A stretch of DNA of 64,000 nucleotides. Origin: Eledone cirrhosa. Taxonomy: Eukaryota. The notes beneath the pieces are model-generated. The model did not search any database. It was not told the DNA's origin and worked only from the letters and a program-made list of their open reading frames with translations. The stretch spans positions 93,248,001 through 93,312,000 of the forward strand of contig OZ024743.1 of NCBI GenBank assembly GCA_964016885.1. The letters are read 5' to 3'. Below are positions 63,974 through 64,000 of this stretch, piece after piece. Made by a program: the position numbers and the translations under genes. How positions within the stretch are numbered: position 1 is the first letter of the stretch; the number at the start of each line of letters is the position of its first letter.

Positions 63974-64000
63974 ATATATATATATCATATATATAATATA

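Noticed and set aside
51360-64000. Further exons of the FkbM-like gene
   Set aside because: No convincing AG/GT-bounded segment with FkbM motifs (e.g. D.LSID.EG) was found by eye. They may lie beyond the window or have been missed.

Overview
This is AT-rich, repeat-dense animal genomic DNA, most consistent with a cephalopod (octopus-like). That assignment is inferred from the (TA)n/(CAT)n microsatellites, the tRNA-derived SINEs with RTE tails and the repeat content. Three spliced host genes could be read by hand. MNAT1/MAT1 (+ strand) has coding exons 2-8 at 3843-24355; exon 1 was not found and is presumably upstream. RPUSD4 (mitochondrial RluA-type pseudouridine synthase, - strand) has 9 coding exons at 50045-25817 and encodes 630 aa with a long N-terminal extension. 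A membrane-anchored FkbM/Methyltransf_21-type methyltransferase (+ strand) has its first coding exon at 50845-51359, head-to-head with RPUSD4. The introns contain three RTE LINE families, a Penelope-like GIY-YIG element, a DD36E Tc1-like transposon, an RLE-type LINE, Helitron, Gypsy and CR1 fragments, SINEs, MITEs and several minisatellites. The most notable unexplained structures are: (1) at least five sequence-distinct short fold-back elements whose arms carry type I hammerhead-ribozyme motifs; (2) a C4HC3 PHD finger inserted inside the RT domain of all three RTE families; (3) an RTE copy with a twin-priming-like full 5' inversion; (4) a SINE built from parts of two different RTE families. 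All calls are by eye; no searches or RNA folding were run.
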